Shown one piece after another: positions 29,380 to 38,346 of a stretch of DNA of 64,000 nt (position 1 is its first letter; each line of letters starts with the position of its first letter). This stretch comes from an uncultured virus (IMG/VR IMGVR_UViG_2711768134_000006). Taxonomy: Duplodnaviria > Heunggongvirae > Uroviricota > Caudoviricetes. The stretch lies in the IMG/VR virus record IMGVR_UViG_2711768134_000006. One strand, written 5' to 3'. The position numbers and the translations under genes are program-made. Below the pieces are notes generated by a model. That model was given only the letters and a program-made list of their open reading frames with translations, searched no databases and was not told the DNA's origin.

Positions 29380-30541
29380 TAAAAATATTTGGGACTACAT
29401 ATCTAAATTAAAAACATTAGATAGAAAAGAAGAATTTATTGATGAGATATTAAATTTGAAAGAAATAGGAGGAGTTAAATTTAGTGAAGATAAATTCTGG
29501 CAAGAAATATTTGATTTAGGGATATGTAAAGCTAATCTAAATACAACAGATATATTATGGTCAAATACTAATATAAGTTATTTTTTAGAAAGATTAGGTA
29601 CATATTTGTTATCAAAAGATGATAAAAATGAAGAAAAAGAAAGCATAAAAGTATATGATACTTATACAGAATTTAAAAGGAGTATGCAGCAAGAAAAAAA
29701 AATAAGAAAACATGGAGAAGTAGTAGAATATGAAAGTGGAGATGGGGAACATTTAAAAGGGAAACCAGTAAAAATATTAAAAAATCAGAAGAATTTTAAA
29801 CTAGCTCCAGATGTAAAAATAACTAAAAAAGATAGAGTAAAGTATCCTGAAATAGAAGATTATTATAGATATAAACAGTATCTATTAGATTTAAAAAACA
29901 ATAAAGAGCATAGAAAAAAACTAGCAAAAGATAAAAATATAAATAATAAAGAACTCAAAATTACAAAAGGTGGTGATGTTTATAAATTTGCATTGAGACA
30001 AATGGCTATGGTTACAGATGATATGTTACAAGTAAAATTACAAAAAGATAAAAATATAGTATGGAAAGCTCCATTAAAAGATAGTGGTAATAATATTATT
30101 ATGGATTGTGATTTAATAGATTTGTTTGACCCAGTACATGTAAAAGCATTATTACAAATTCCTTACAATGAAAACTTAATAGATGAGATAGCATTAAGTA
30201 AGCAAGATATATTAAATAAAATAGAATTAACTGATACACAAAAAAATATATTGTCATCATGGGAGAAGGGAGTTACTCAAAATGAAATAGCTAAGCAATT
30301 AGGTATAGCACAAAAAAATGTAAATTTACATATTGATAGAATAGTAAATAAATTTATAGACAAATATACTGAAATATATGAAGATGAATATTATTATGTT
30401 TATTTAGTAAAAGGAAAATATAAAAAATGTAGCAAATGTGGAGAAATTAAGCTAATACAAAGGTTTGATAAAAATGGAAAAAAGGGACATAAATCAATTT
30501 GCAAAGCCTGTAGGCAAGATGGTGTCCAAAATAGGGTATAA
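29339..30541 (+). CDS. Sigma70-r4-like HTH plus C-terminal Zn-ribbon transcription factor
   Basis: GVTQNEIAKQLGIAQKNV; CSKC...CKAC; start at MALVNG after a G-rich RBS. Confidence 0.7.
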   Translation: MALVNGNFKGKIDNKNIWDYISKLKTLDRKEEFIDEILNLKEIGGVKFSEDKFWQEIFDLGICKANLNTTDILWSNTNISYFLERLGTYLLSKDDKNEEKESIKVYDTYTEFKRSMQQEKKIRKHGEVVEYESGDGEHLKGKPVKILKNQKNFKLAPDVKITKKDRVKYPEIEDYYRYKQYLLDLKNNKEHRKKLAKDKNINNKELKITKGGDVYKFALRQMAMVTDDMLQVKLQKDKNIVWKAPLKDSGNNIIMDCDLIDLFDPVHVKALLQIPYNENLIDEIALSKQDILNKIELTDTQKNILSSWEKGVTQNEIAKQLGIAQKNVNLHIDRIVNKFIDKYTEIYEDEYYYVYLVKGKYKKCSKCGEIKLIQRFDKNGKKGHKSICKACRQDGVQNRV

Positions 30542-30633
30542 AATCGGCTGGAAAAGATATTAATATATGTAGGGGTAATTAATACTGCTGCATATAAATA
30601 AAATATATAATAAAGGTCGAGGAGAGATTGAAA

Positions 30634-30939
30634 ATGAGAAAAAATGAATATGTAAAATTATTTCAAGAGAAACTAAAGGAAGAAGGATTAGAACTAAAAC
30701 AAAAAGAAGTAGATGTAGTATTAGATGCATTTAAAGAATTAGTCGTAGATATATTTAAATCAGGTGAAGACGCTACTATAGGTGGATTTCTAAAAATAGG
30801 AAGAAAAGAAATAGAAGCATGTGAAAAAACACATACTTTACCAGGAAAAGAAGGAGAAAAATATATTGTACCAGCGAGTACTAAACCAACAGTTAAATTT
30901 ATAACTTCTTTTGTAAAAGAACACATGATATTAAAATAG
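30634..30939 (+). CDS. HU-family DNA-binding protein
   Basis: GEDATIGGFLK...IVPASTKPTVKF. Confidence 0.85.
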   Translation: MRKNEYVKLFQEKLKEEGLELKQKEVDVVLDAFKELVVDIFKSGEDATIGGFLKIGRKEIEACEKTHTLPGKEGEKYIVPASTKPTVKFITSFVKEHMILK

Positions 30940-30999
30940 TTATAAACTAAATAAAATACAAAATTAAATAAATAAGCCTTAAATTAGGCTTATTATTAT

Positions 31000-31043
31000 G
31001 GAGATATAGGAGATTATTAATGGTTCGATTCCATTAATCTCCA
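31000..31043 (+). pseudogene. tRNA-like minihelix (acceptor stem and T arm only)
   Basis: GGAGATT-att-AATGG-TTCGATT-CCATT-AATCTCC-A. Confidence 0.55.
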
Positions 31044-31053
31044 TCTTTTAAGC

Positions 31054-31098
31054 AAAAAGAAAGCACATGTCGTGAGATAGCAGTAAGTCTTTCTTTTT
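31054..31098 (+). ncRNA. Repeated structured RNA motif, copy 1
   Basis: AGAAAG-CACATGTCGTGAGATAGCAGTAAGT-CTTTCT; second copy at 33055. Confidence 0.6.
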
Positions 31099-31127
31099 CT
31101 TTTTATTAAGAAAGAGAGGATGATATC

Positions 31128-32054
31128 ATAGAAGAAATAAATATAAAAGAAGTAAGCAAGATAATATGTGTTAGTGAAAATACGTTATATAAAGATTTTA
31201 AAAAATATGCTTCTAAATTAGAAGAAAATAATATTTTTTATGATGGAAAAGGTAAAAAAAGAAAGTTTTATAGAAAAAAAATAAAAGACAGTGAATATAT
31301 AGCATATGATATTTTTAAACAAATTGCTTATAATGTCTGGAAATTTGATAGTAAAGTAGATATAAATAAATTATTATATTACATGGCTGTGATTCTAACT
31401 ATGCAAGATATAAAGGGGAATATGAGTATATTATCATCAAATCAAATTGCAAATATAGTAGGAGTGGACAAAAATACCATATCAAGATATAAAAATAAAT
31501 TAATTAAAAATAATATCTTTATGCCCTCTAATCTATCTAAAACAGTTACATATGCTACATTTAAAGATATAGATGTCTTAAGTATTAAAAGTGAATTAAT
31601 TCCACATAAAGAAAATTGTAAAAATAGAGTAAATCAAGATAAAGAATTAGATAATTTTAGATATCAGGTGAGACTGGTAGCAGATAAAAATATAAACTTT
31701 AAAAGAAAAGACAATATTATAGTTGATAACAGTTTATATGAAGATTATCTAAATGCATGTAGAATTATAGCAAATACACCATTTTTAAAAGATAGAGAAA
31801 ATTATAATAGAGTAGTAAATATGGTAAAACATAATAAACATGAATTAAATGTAACTCAAAAAGATAAATACATAGCATTTAATGAATTTACAAGAGAAAT
31901 AGGATTGGTTAAATTATATCAAGTACATAAGACAGAATATAGAATCAATGTAATGAAAAATAAAGAGCTGTTAGATATAATTATCAAAGCTTTTAAGTAT
32001 AGAAATAATAATAGCAATATCAATAATAAACTAGTAAAATACAATTCATATTAA
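31128..32054 (+). CDS. Two-HTH DNA-binding protein (ATA-start extension of 31383..32054)
   Basis: Frame open from ATA 31128 behind AGAGGATGAT; IKEVSKIICVSENTLYK and SNQIANIVGVDKNTISRY. Confidence 0.65.
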   Translation: MEEINIKEVSKIICVSENTLYKDFKKYASKLEENNIFYDGKGKKRKFYRKKIKDSEYIAYDIFKQIAYNVWKFDSKVDINKLLYYMAVILTMQDIKGNMSILSSNQIANIVGVDKNTISRYKNKLIKNNIFMPSNLSKTVTYATFKDIDVLSIKSELIPHKENCKNRVNQDKELDNFRYQVRLVADKNINFKRKDNIIVDNSLYEDYLNACRIIANTPFLKDRENYNRVVNMVKHNKHELNVTQKDKYIAFNEFTREIGLVKLYQVHKTEYRINVMKNKELLDIIIKAFKYRNNNSNINNKLVKYNSY

Positions 32055-32069
32055 TTTTTCCCCTCACTC

Positions 32070-32101
32070 GCGTATTGATATATATATTTATATAAGTATG
32101 C
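32070..32101. repeat. 13-6-13 palindromic site, copy B (inverted vs 24443-24474)
   Basis: GCGTATTGATATA-TATATT-TATATAAGTATGC. Confidence 0.75.
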
Positions 32102-32145
32102 AGGTGAGGGGATTTTTTGAAAGATATATTTTAAAGGTGACTATT

Positions 32146-32700
32146 ATGAATTTACAATACTTTGAAAAGGATAAATATTATGTTTATAAACATTACATTA
32201 TAGACCATGATGGTAAAGAGAATGTCTTTTATATTGGTAAAGGAATAGGAGACAGAATTTATAATCAAATCAGAAATGAAAAGTGGGATAACATAGTAAA
32301 GAGTAATAACAATAATTATAATGTTGATATTATTAAATATTTTGAAAATGAAAAAGATGCATTAGATTATGAGGTAAAATTGCAATTATATTATTGGAAT
32401 AATGGACAATGTAAAGGTTGTGCTGATATAGATGCAGCAATAGGTAAAGAAAAAATAAAGAAACAAAATAAATTATTAAAAGAAGGATTGGTTATACAAG
32501 ATGACTATTTAAATAAATGGTTATTTAAATATGAATTGGAAAATATCATCAATACATATGAGTTAAAAGATAATAAAAGAAGAGTAATGTCTGCTAATAA
32601 ATTCATTAATTATTTAAAAGAATGTAATTATAGGATTGAAAAAATTAGAAAAAGAACAAAAAAGAAACAAGAAACATTATATAAAATATGTAATAAGTAG
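32146..32700 (+). CDS. GIY-YIG-like endonuclease
   Basis: YYVYKH...VFYIGKG..DR...E..ALDYE. Confidence 0.7.
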   Translation: MNLQYFEKDKYYVYKHYIIDHDGKENVFYIGKGIGDRIYNQIRNEKWDNIVKSNNNNYNVDIIKYFENEKDALDYEVKLQLYYWNNGQCKGCADIDAAIGKEKIKKQNKLLKEGLVIQDDYLNKWLFKYELENIINTYELKDNKRRVMSANKFINYLKECNYRIEKIRKRTKKKQETLYKICNK

Positions 32701-32720
32701 GATTTTATAATTATAATAAT

Positions 32721-33097
32721 AAATCACAAGGCTTTAGCCGAAGTGATACCAAAGAACGTGAGTGATGCGGTAGATATTACTAACGCCTTCACTTCGTTCA
32801 GTTGTTATCCTCAGCTAAAGCTTCGGATTTACTATTTTTAATTTAATACATATGGGTTAAAAGCCCCTTCATATGGTGACATATGGTAGCAAACCTAGAA
32901 TATGCTAAAAGTTAATACAATTAGCAGAGATAGCTCGTTTTGAGAAGCTCTGGTGACTAATAATAGGTATCTTACAATATAAGATGATGATGTCACTAAA
33001 AATATTAAACTACAACGTGAAATTTGTGGGATAATTACTCACCATTTCAGAACTGGAAGAAAGCACATGTCGTGAGATAGCAATAAGTCTTTCTTCC
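32721..33097 (+). ncRNA. Hairpin-dense intergenic region ending in motif copy 2 (33055-33097)
   Basis: ~110 nt nested hairpin 32721-32830 plus several further stems. Confidence 0.45.
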
Positions 33098-33134
33098 TTT
33101 TAAATAATATTTTAATTAAAAGGGAGATGTTTTT

Positions 33135-33752
33135 ATGGTTAAATATAATGTTCATAAAGCTTTAGCAGAAAAGAAGTTATTAGAAGATAAGATAGATAGA
33201 TGCATTAGTAATTTTAAAATTGTAGGTACTAAAAAAGGCTCTGATAAAAATGTATATGAAACAAAAACAAGTGTAGAAGATTTTAATGTAGAAGTTTCAA
33301 GTAAATACCAACAAATAGAAGATTTAATATATAATTATAACGCATTAGATAAAGCAATTAATATCTCTAATGCTATAACAAATGTTCAAATTGGTAATAA
33401 AAATTATACAGTTTTAGAAGCAATAAAAAGAAAAAATAGTATAGAATTAGATAAATCCTTGTTGAGACAAATGGTTAGTAACTATGATTGTATGATGTCT
33501 GAAGTAAATCGTAGAAATGAAGAAGTACAAAGAAATACAGATAAAATGTTTGAGGAAAAAGAAAAAAGTAAAGATGGAGCAGAATTTATTTCATTTTATA
33601 AAAAACAACAAGAATGGTCTTTAGTAGACCCTTTAAAAGTAAGAGAGAAAATAGAAAAGTTAAGGGATGAAATAGAAGAATTTGAAAAAGAAGTTGATTT
33701 TGCATTGAGTACATCAAATGCACTTACAATTATAGATGTAGATTTAAAATAG
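33135..33752 (+). CDS. DIP1984-like coiled-coil protein
   Basis: Two halves: VHKALAEKKLL/TVLEAIKRK and INISNAITNV/LSTSNALTII. Confidence 0.6.
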   Translation: MVKYNVHKALAEKKLLEDKIDRCISNFKIVGTKKGSDKNVYETKTSVEDFNVEVSSKYQQIEDLIYNYNALDKAINISNAITNVQIGNKNYTVLEAIKRKNSIELDKSLLRQMVSNYDCMMSEVNRRNEEVQRNTDKMFEEKEKSKDGAEFISFYKKQQEWSLVDPLKVREKIEKLRDEIEEFEKEVDFALSTSNALTIIDVDLK

Positions 33753-33774
33753 TCCTTAATTGGGCTATTTTTTA

Positions 33775-34072
33775 ATTTGCAGGTTAGGCGAATAACATAA
33801 ATTATAAGTTCCCATTTGATTTTGGGTTAAAAATCAAACTGCTTATATAAAAGTGATGGGTACATACAAACGAAACGATTGTACTGTATAAAAGAGAACA
33901 ATAGATATAAAGCTTAAAGTTAAAAATTCAAATATAAAATCTCAAGGATAAAAGATTAAATTATTAAAATAGTAAAAATAAAATAAAAAAGTTATAGAAA
34001 ATCCTTGATAAATGCTAAATGCGTTAACTTATATTAGCTATTGTTAGCTACAAGGCTGCCTAATTTGCAAAT
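33775..34072 (+). ncRNA. Candidate ~300 nt structured RNA with heptamer repeats
   Basis: 15 bp closing stem ATTTGCAGGTTAGGC/GCCTAATTTGCAAAT, nested helices, eight 7-nt units. Confidence 0.7.
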
Positions 34073-34124
34073 AAATATATTCCCAGTAGAGATATAGATA
34101 ACATAAAAATAAAGGAGAAAATAT

Positions 34125-34313
34125 ATGAAAAATAATAAAGGAACGATTTTAGAAAAATGTGAAGTAATAAAACAAGAAGATGGTACTTATAAATTTATAG
34201 AGCATACAAAAAATGGCGATAATGAAGTGTTATCTAGTGATGTTTTTGACCAGTATATTGGAAAAACAGATTTAAATATAACGATAAGATTAAGTGAAAC
34301 AATAGTCCAATAA
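34125..34313 (+). CDS. Small hypothetical protein
   Basis: AAGGAG RBS, 62 aa. Confidence 0.65.
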   Translation: MKNNKGTILEKCEVIKQEDGTYKFIEHTKNGDNEVLSSDVFDQYIGKTDLNITIRLSETIVQ

Positions 34314-34390
34314 ATCAATATTAGACTATTTATTTTTTTACTTAATATATTGATAATGATATTTATGTGATAAACAGGGAGATATTAAAT

Positions 34391-35584
34391 ATGGAAGACA
34401 TATTGAAGAAAAAAGAAGATGAGTCACTAGTTGACTATAGGATTAGAATACGACTGGCAAAGGTTAATAAAGAGATAGATTTGGATTGGGGAGAGATAGT
34501 TGAACTATTGGGGTTAGAATGTTCTCCAGACCATTGTAGGAAGGTTTCTTATGGGTTGAAAGAGGCTTTTGATTATCTTAATTCTAAAGTACAAGATAAT
34601 TCTGCTCAAGAAGAGATTGATAAAATAAATGAGAAAATATTAGAGCTGAAAAAGATAAAAGTACAGTTATCTGATGAAAGGTCATTAGTAAATAAGAAAA
34701 TAAGAGAATATTCAAGAATAGATAATATAATTGATTTATTTAATAATAAAATAGATGATATATCGCTCCATAAGCCATTTCTAAACGATTCTAGTTACAA
34801 ATGCTATGAATCTTCAAATCAAGAGGCTATTATGCTAATTTCAGACATACACTATGGATTAGAGACTATTAATGCATTTAATAGATATAATTCAGAAATA
34901 TTCAAGATAAGAATACAATATTTAAAAGATAAAATTATTGAATATAGTAAGTTGCATAAGATTAATAGACTGCATGTAATGCTACTTGGAGATTTAATCT
35001 CTGGCCACATACATAATTCTATAAGATTAGAAAATAGAGAAAATATAGTTGAACAAATTATAGAAGTATCTGAAATACTTAGTGAATTTATATATGAATT
35101 ATCTAAAGAAATTGATAAAATTATTGTTTATTCAGTTGGTGGAAATCATGATAGGGTTCTTCCTAAAAAAGATGAAAATTTAGATAAAGATAATTTTACA
35201 CTATTAATAGATGAATATATAAAACTAAGAATTAAAAGTTTAGATAATGTAATATTTCAAGAGAACATATATGATAATGACATAATAGTAACTAGAATAT
35301 GTGGAAATACATGTTTCGCAGTACATGGAGATAAAGATAAAATGTTTACAGCCATTCCTAAACTGACCTCTCTTATAAAATCAATTCCTGATTATATTTT
35401 CATAGCTCATCTACACAATTGTAAAGAAGATAGTTATGGAGAAAGTGAAATTATTGTAAATGGAAGTTTTTCTGGAACAGATACATATGCTAAGAATCTA
35501 AGATTAAGTTCATATGCAATGCAAAAATTAATGATATTTAATGATGATGGAAGATTATGTACTTATAATATTAAGCTTAAATAG
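34391..35584 (+). CDS. Calcineurin-like metallophosphoesterase
   Basis: SDIH, GD, GNHD, HGD, HLH. Confidence 0.9.
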   Translation: MEDILKKKEDESLVDYRIRIRLAKVNKEIDLDWGEIVELLGLECSPDHCRKVSYGLKEAFDYLNSKVQDNSAQEEIDKINEKILELKKIKVQLSDERSLVNKKIREYSRIDNIIDLFNNKIDDISLHKPFLNDSSYKCYESSNQEAIMLISDIHYGLETINAFNRYNSEIFKIRIQYLKDKIIEYSKLHKINRLHVMLLGDLISGHIHNSIRLENRENIVEQIIEVSEILSEFIYELSKEIDKIIVYSVGGNHDRVLPKKDENLDKDNFTLLIDEYIKLRIKSLDNVIFQENIYDNDIIVTRICGNTCFAVHGDKDKMFTAIPKLTSLIKSIPDYIFIAHLHNCKEDSYGESEIIVNGSFSGTDTYAKNLRLSSYAMQKLMIFNDDGRLCTYNIKLK

Positions 35585-35726
35585 AGCTAATTATTAAAGG
35601 ACTAATACGATAATATTCCATCATTATGATATGGTATTAGTCCTTTAATGGGCTAAATTCAATCTCCCTTCTGAGGTCAGTTTCATGCTGACCTCTCTTT
35701 TTTCATCTCAAAAGGAGAGTGATAAA

Positions 35727-36587
35727 ATGGCTAGAAAAGGTAAAATTAAATGTTCTTGTTGTGGAGAAGAAAAGTCAGCAGCAAGAGATTTTTATAGTAG
35801 CTCTAGTAAATTACATAAGAGCTTAAGTACTTTTCCCATGTGTAAAAATTGCGTTGAAGAATTATATGATGAGTTAGTTTACAAGTATGCTGGGGATAAA
35901 AAAATAGCAGCAAAGAGACTATTTGTAATGTTAGATGTTTATTATGATGAAGACTTATATAATACATGTATTAACAAAGAAAACAAAGGAAAGTCTAAAT
36001 GGTTAGGCGAGTACATGAAAACTAAAGCAAATGCTAGATATGTAAGTAAATCAAGTCTTGATAATATTAATTCAAAAAATCTAGTTGAAGATGATATTGA
36101 TTCTGATTTTAAATTAAATGAAACAAAAATAAATAATGATATGGTCGAAAGATGGGGAGCAGGACTAAGAAAAGAAGATTATATGTTTTTAGAAAATAAA
36201 TTTAATGAGTTTTCTATGGCATATCAATGTAAAAGACCTGCTGAAAAAATGTTGTTAGAACAAATTTCTAAATGTTTATTAAAGAGTGATGAAGCACTAA
36301 GAAATGGTGATGCTACAGGGTTTGAAAAAATGAATACCTTAATATCAAAACTTATGAATGATGCAAATATAAAACCTATTCAAGAAGCCAGTTTAGCAGA
36401 AAATGAAACGATTACATGGGGTACATGGATTGATAAAATAGAAAATTACAGACCTATAGGAGAGCCTTCAGAACAATTCAAAGATGTAGATAAAATAAAA
36501 ACATATATTAATAAGTGGTTTATAGGACAAATGAGAAAAGTATTCGATTTAGCTAGTGAGGATAATCCAAATGATGACCAAGACTAG
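35727..36587 (+). CDS. Probable terminase small subunit
   Basis: N-terminal Zn finger; immediately upstream of TerL. Confidence 0.6.
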   Translation: MARKGKIKCSCCGEEKSAARDFYSSSSKLHKSLSTFPMCKNCVEELYDELVYKYAGDKKIAAKRLFVMLDVYYDEDLYNTCINKENKGKSKWLGEYMKTKANARYVSKSSLDNINSKNLVEDDIDSDFKLNETKINNDMVERWGAGLRKEDYMFLENKFNEFSMAYQCKRPAEKMLLEQISKCLLKSDEALRNGDATGFEKMNTLISKLMNDANIKPIQEASLAENETITWGTWIDKIENYRPIGEPSEQFKDVDKIKTYINKWFIGQMRKVFDLASEDNPNDDQD

Positions 36588-38346
36588 AAAGCTAAATAAT
36601 AACGAAATTAACTCAGATAAAAATAAAGCTCTTGAAGAAGGAATAATTGAATGGACTAAGTTCTATAGAGAAAATCCACATAGATTTTGTATTGATTATT
36701 TTGGTCTTAATTTATATTTAGTTCAAATTATTCTTATATATATGTTTGATAAATGTAATTATGCGATGCTTATATGTGCCAGAGGGTTTGCAAAGAGCTG
36801 GATTGCTGCTGTATATGCATGTTGTAGAGCTGTTTTATATCCAAATTCTAAAATTGGTATAGCTGCATTTACTAAATCACAAGCAGAACTTATTATAAGA
36901 GAAAAGATAGAAAAAGAATTAGTAAAACAATCTCCTATGTTAGCTAGAGAGATTAAAAAGATAGAGTATAATAATAAATTTTCTAAAGTAACATTTCATA
37001 ATGGAAGCACTATAGAAGCTATAGTCTCAAATGAGCAATCAAGAGGTTTCCGTTTCAATATTCTTATTGTAGATGAATTTAGATTAGTAAAAAAAGAAAT
37101 ACAAGATAGGATTCTTAAGCCATTTCTAAATGTAAGTAGAAATCTAAAGTTTAAAAAAGATGGAAAATATGAAGATTACCCTCCGGAGCCTAATAAAGAA
37201 TTATATTTAAGTAGTGCATGGTTTAGGATGCATGAAGCATATGACAAATTTAAATTGTATGTGAAAGATATGGTAGATGGTAGAGATAAATTTGTACTTA
37301 ATTGTAATTATAAACTTTCTCTTCATCATGGAATATTAGATAAAGAAAGAGCAGATGAAATGAAAAGAGAAATGGATGCTGTTTCTTGGATTATGGAGAT
37401 GGAATCACTTTTCTTTGGGGAAAATGAAGATGCTATATTTAAATCATCTTATGTGAATCCATGTAGAACATTAAAAAATCCATTTTATCCTCCAACAGAT
37501 TTAGAAATATTATCTGCTAAAAATGGAAAAGTTAAGTGTAATTTACAAAAAAGAAAAGGTGAGTTGAGGATAATTTCTGCTGACATTGCTGTTGCAGAAG
37601 GAGACAATAATGATAACTCAGTGTATACATGTTGGAGGTTATTGCCTGAAAAAGATTATTATGAAAGAATGGTTGTTCATATAGAATCTCATAATGGTAT
37701 GAAGCCAGACAAACAAGCAATAAGATTAAAACAATTATTCTTTGATTTTGAAACTGATTTCTTAGTTATAGATACTCAAGGGGTAGGCCAAAGTGTTTTA
37801 TCTGATTTACTTAGGGTTAATTATGATGATGCTAGAAATAAAGAATATAATGCGTTTTCTCATGCTAATACAAATCATTTACATAATAATTTTATTACAA
37901 AAGAGAATTATCCAGTTATATTTGAGATTAAGGCATATGGACAAATAAATCATGATTGTATAATTGGCTTACTTGATGTATTTCTAAAAAATAGAATAAA
38001 GTTACCAATAAATGATGTAGAGGCTAATGACATGTTAAGTAGTACATCTGGATATGCAAAGAAAAATTATACAGACCAAGCGAGAATGATATTACCATAC
38101 AAACAAACTACACTACTTGTAAACGAATTAATAAACTTAGAAACTGTTAAAAATGATGGTCAAAAGTGGCTTAAGGTCAAAGAAAAGGGAAAAGCAAGAA
38201 AAGATAGATATTCTTCCTTAGCATATGGAAATTATCTAGCAAATTTACTAGATGGAGAATTAAAAAAGAGAAATAGTAAGAACAGTGGACAAATAATTTC
38301 ATTCTGGTCAGGAGGTGGAAACCATAATAGAACTCAAAGGAGATAA
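36571..38346 (+). CDS. Terminase large subunit
   Basis: ARGFAKS Walker A, ILIVDE Walker B, ADIA/IDTQGVG/KDRYS nuclease motifs. Confidence 0.9.
   Translation: MMTKTRKLNNNEINSDKNKALEEGIIEWTKFYRENPHRFCIDYFGLNLYLVQIILIYMFDKCNYAMLICARGFAKSWIAAVYACCRAVLYPNSKIGIAAFTKSQAELIIREKIEKELVKQSPMLAREIKKIEYNNKFSKVTFHNGSTIEAIVSNEQSRGFRFNILIVDEFRLVKKEIQDRILKPFLNVSRNLKFKKDGKYEDYPPEPNKELYLSSAWFRMHEAYDKFKLYVKDMVDGRDKFVLNCNYKLSLHHGILDKERADEMKREMDAVSWIMEMESLFFGENEDAIFKSSYVNPCRTLKNPFYPPTDLEILSAKNGKVKCNLQKRKGELRIISADIAVAEGDNNDNSVYTCWRLLPEKDYYERMVVHIESHNGMKPDKQAIRLKQLFFDFETDFLVIDTQGVGQSVLSDLLRVNYDDARNKEYNAFSHANTNHLHNNFITKENYPVIFEIKAYGQINHDCIIGLLDVFLKNRIKLPINDVEANDMLSSTSGYAKKNYTDQARMILPYKQTTLLVNELINLETVKNDGQKWLKVKEKGKARKDRYSSLAYGNYLANLLDGELKKRNSKNSGQIISFWSGGGNHNRTQRR

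Noticed and set aside
31000..31043. Functional tRNA gene
   Set aside because: No D arm or anticodon arm
32880..32930. c-di-GMP-I riboswitch (GCAAACC)
   Set aside because: GAAA tetraloop and GACGCAAAG elements are absent
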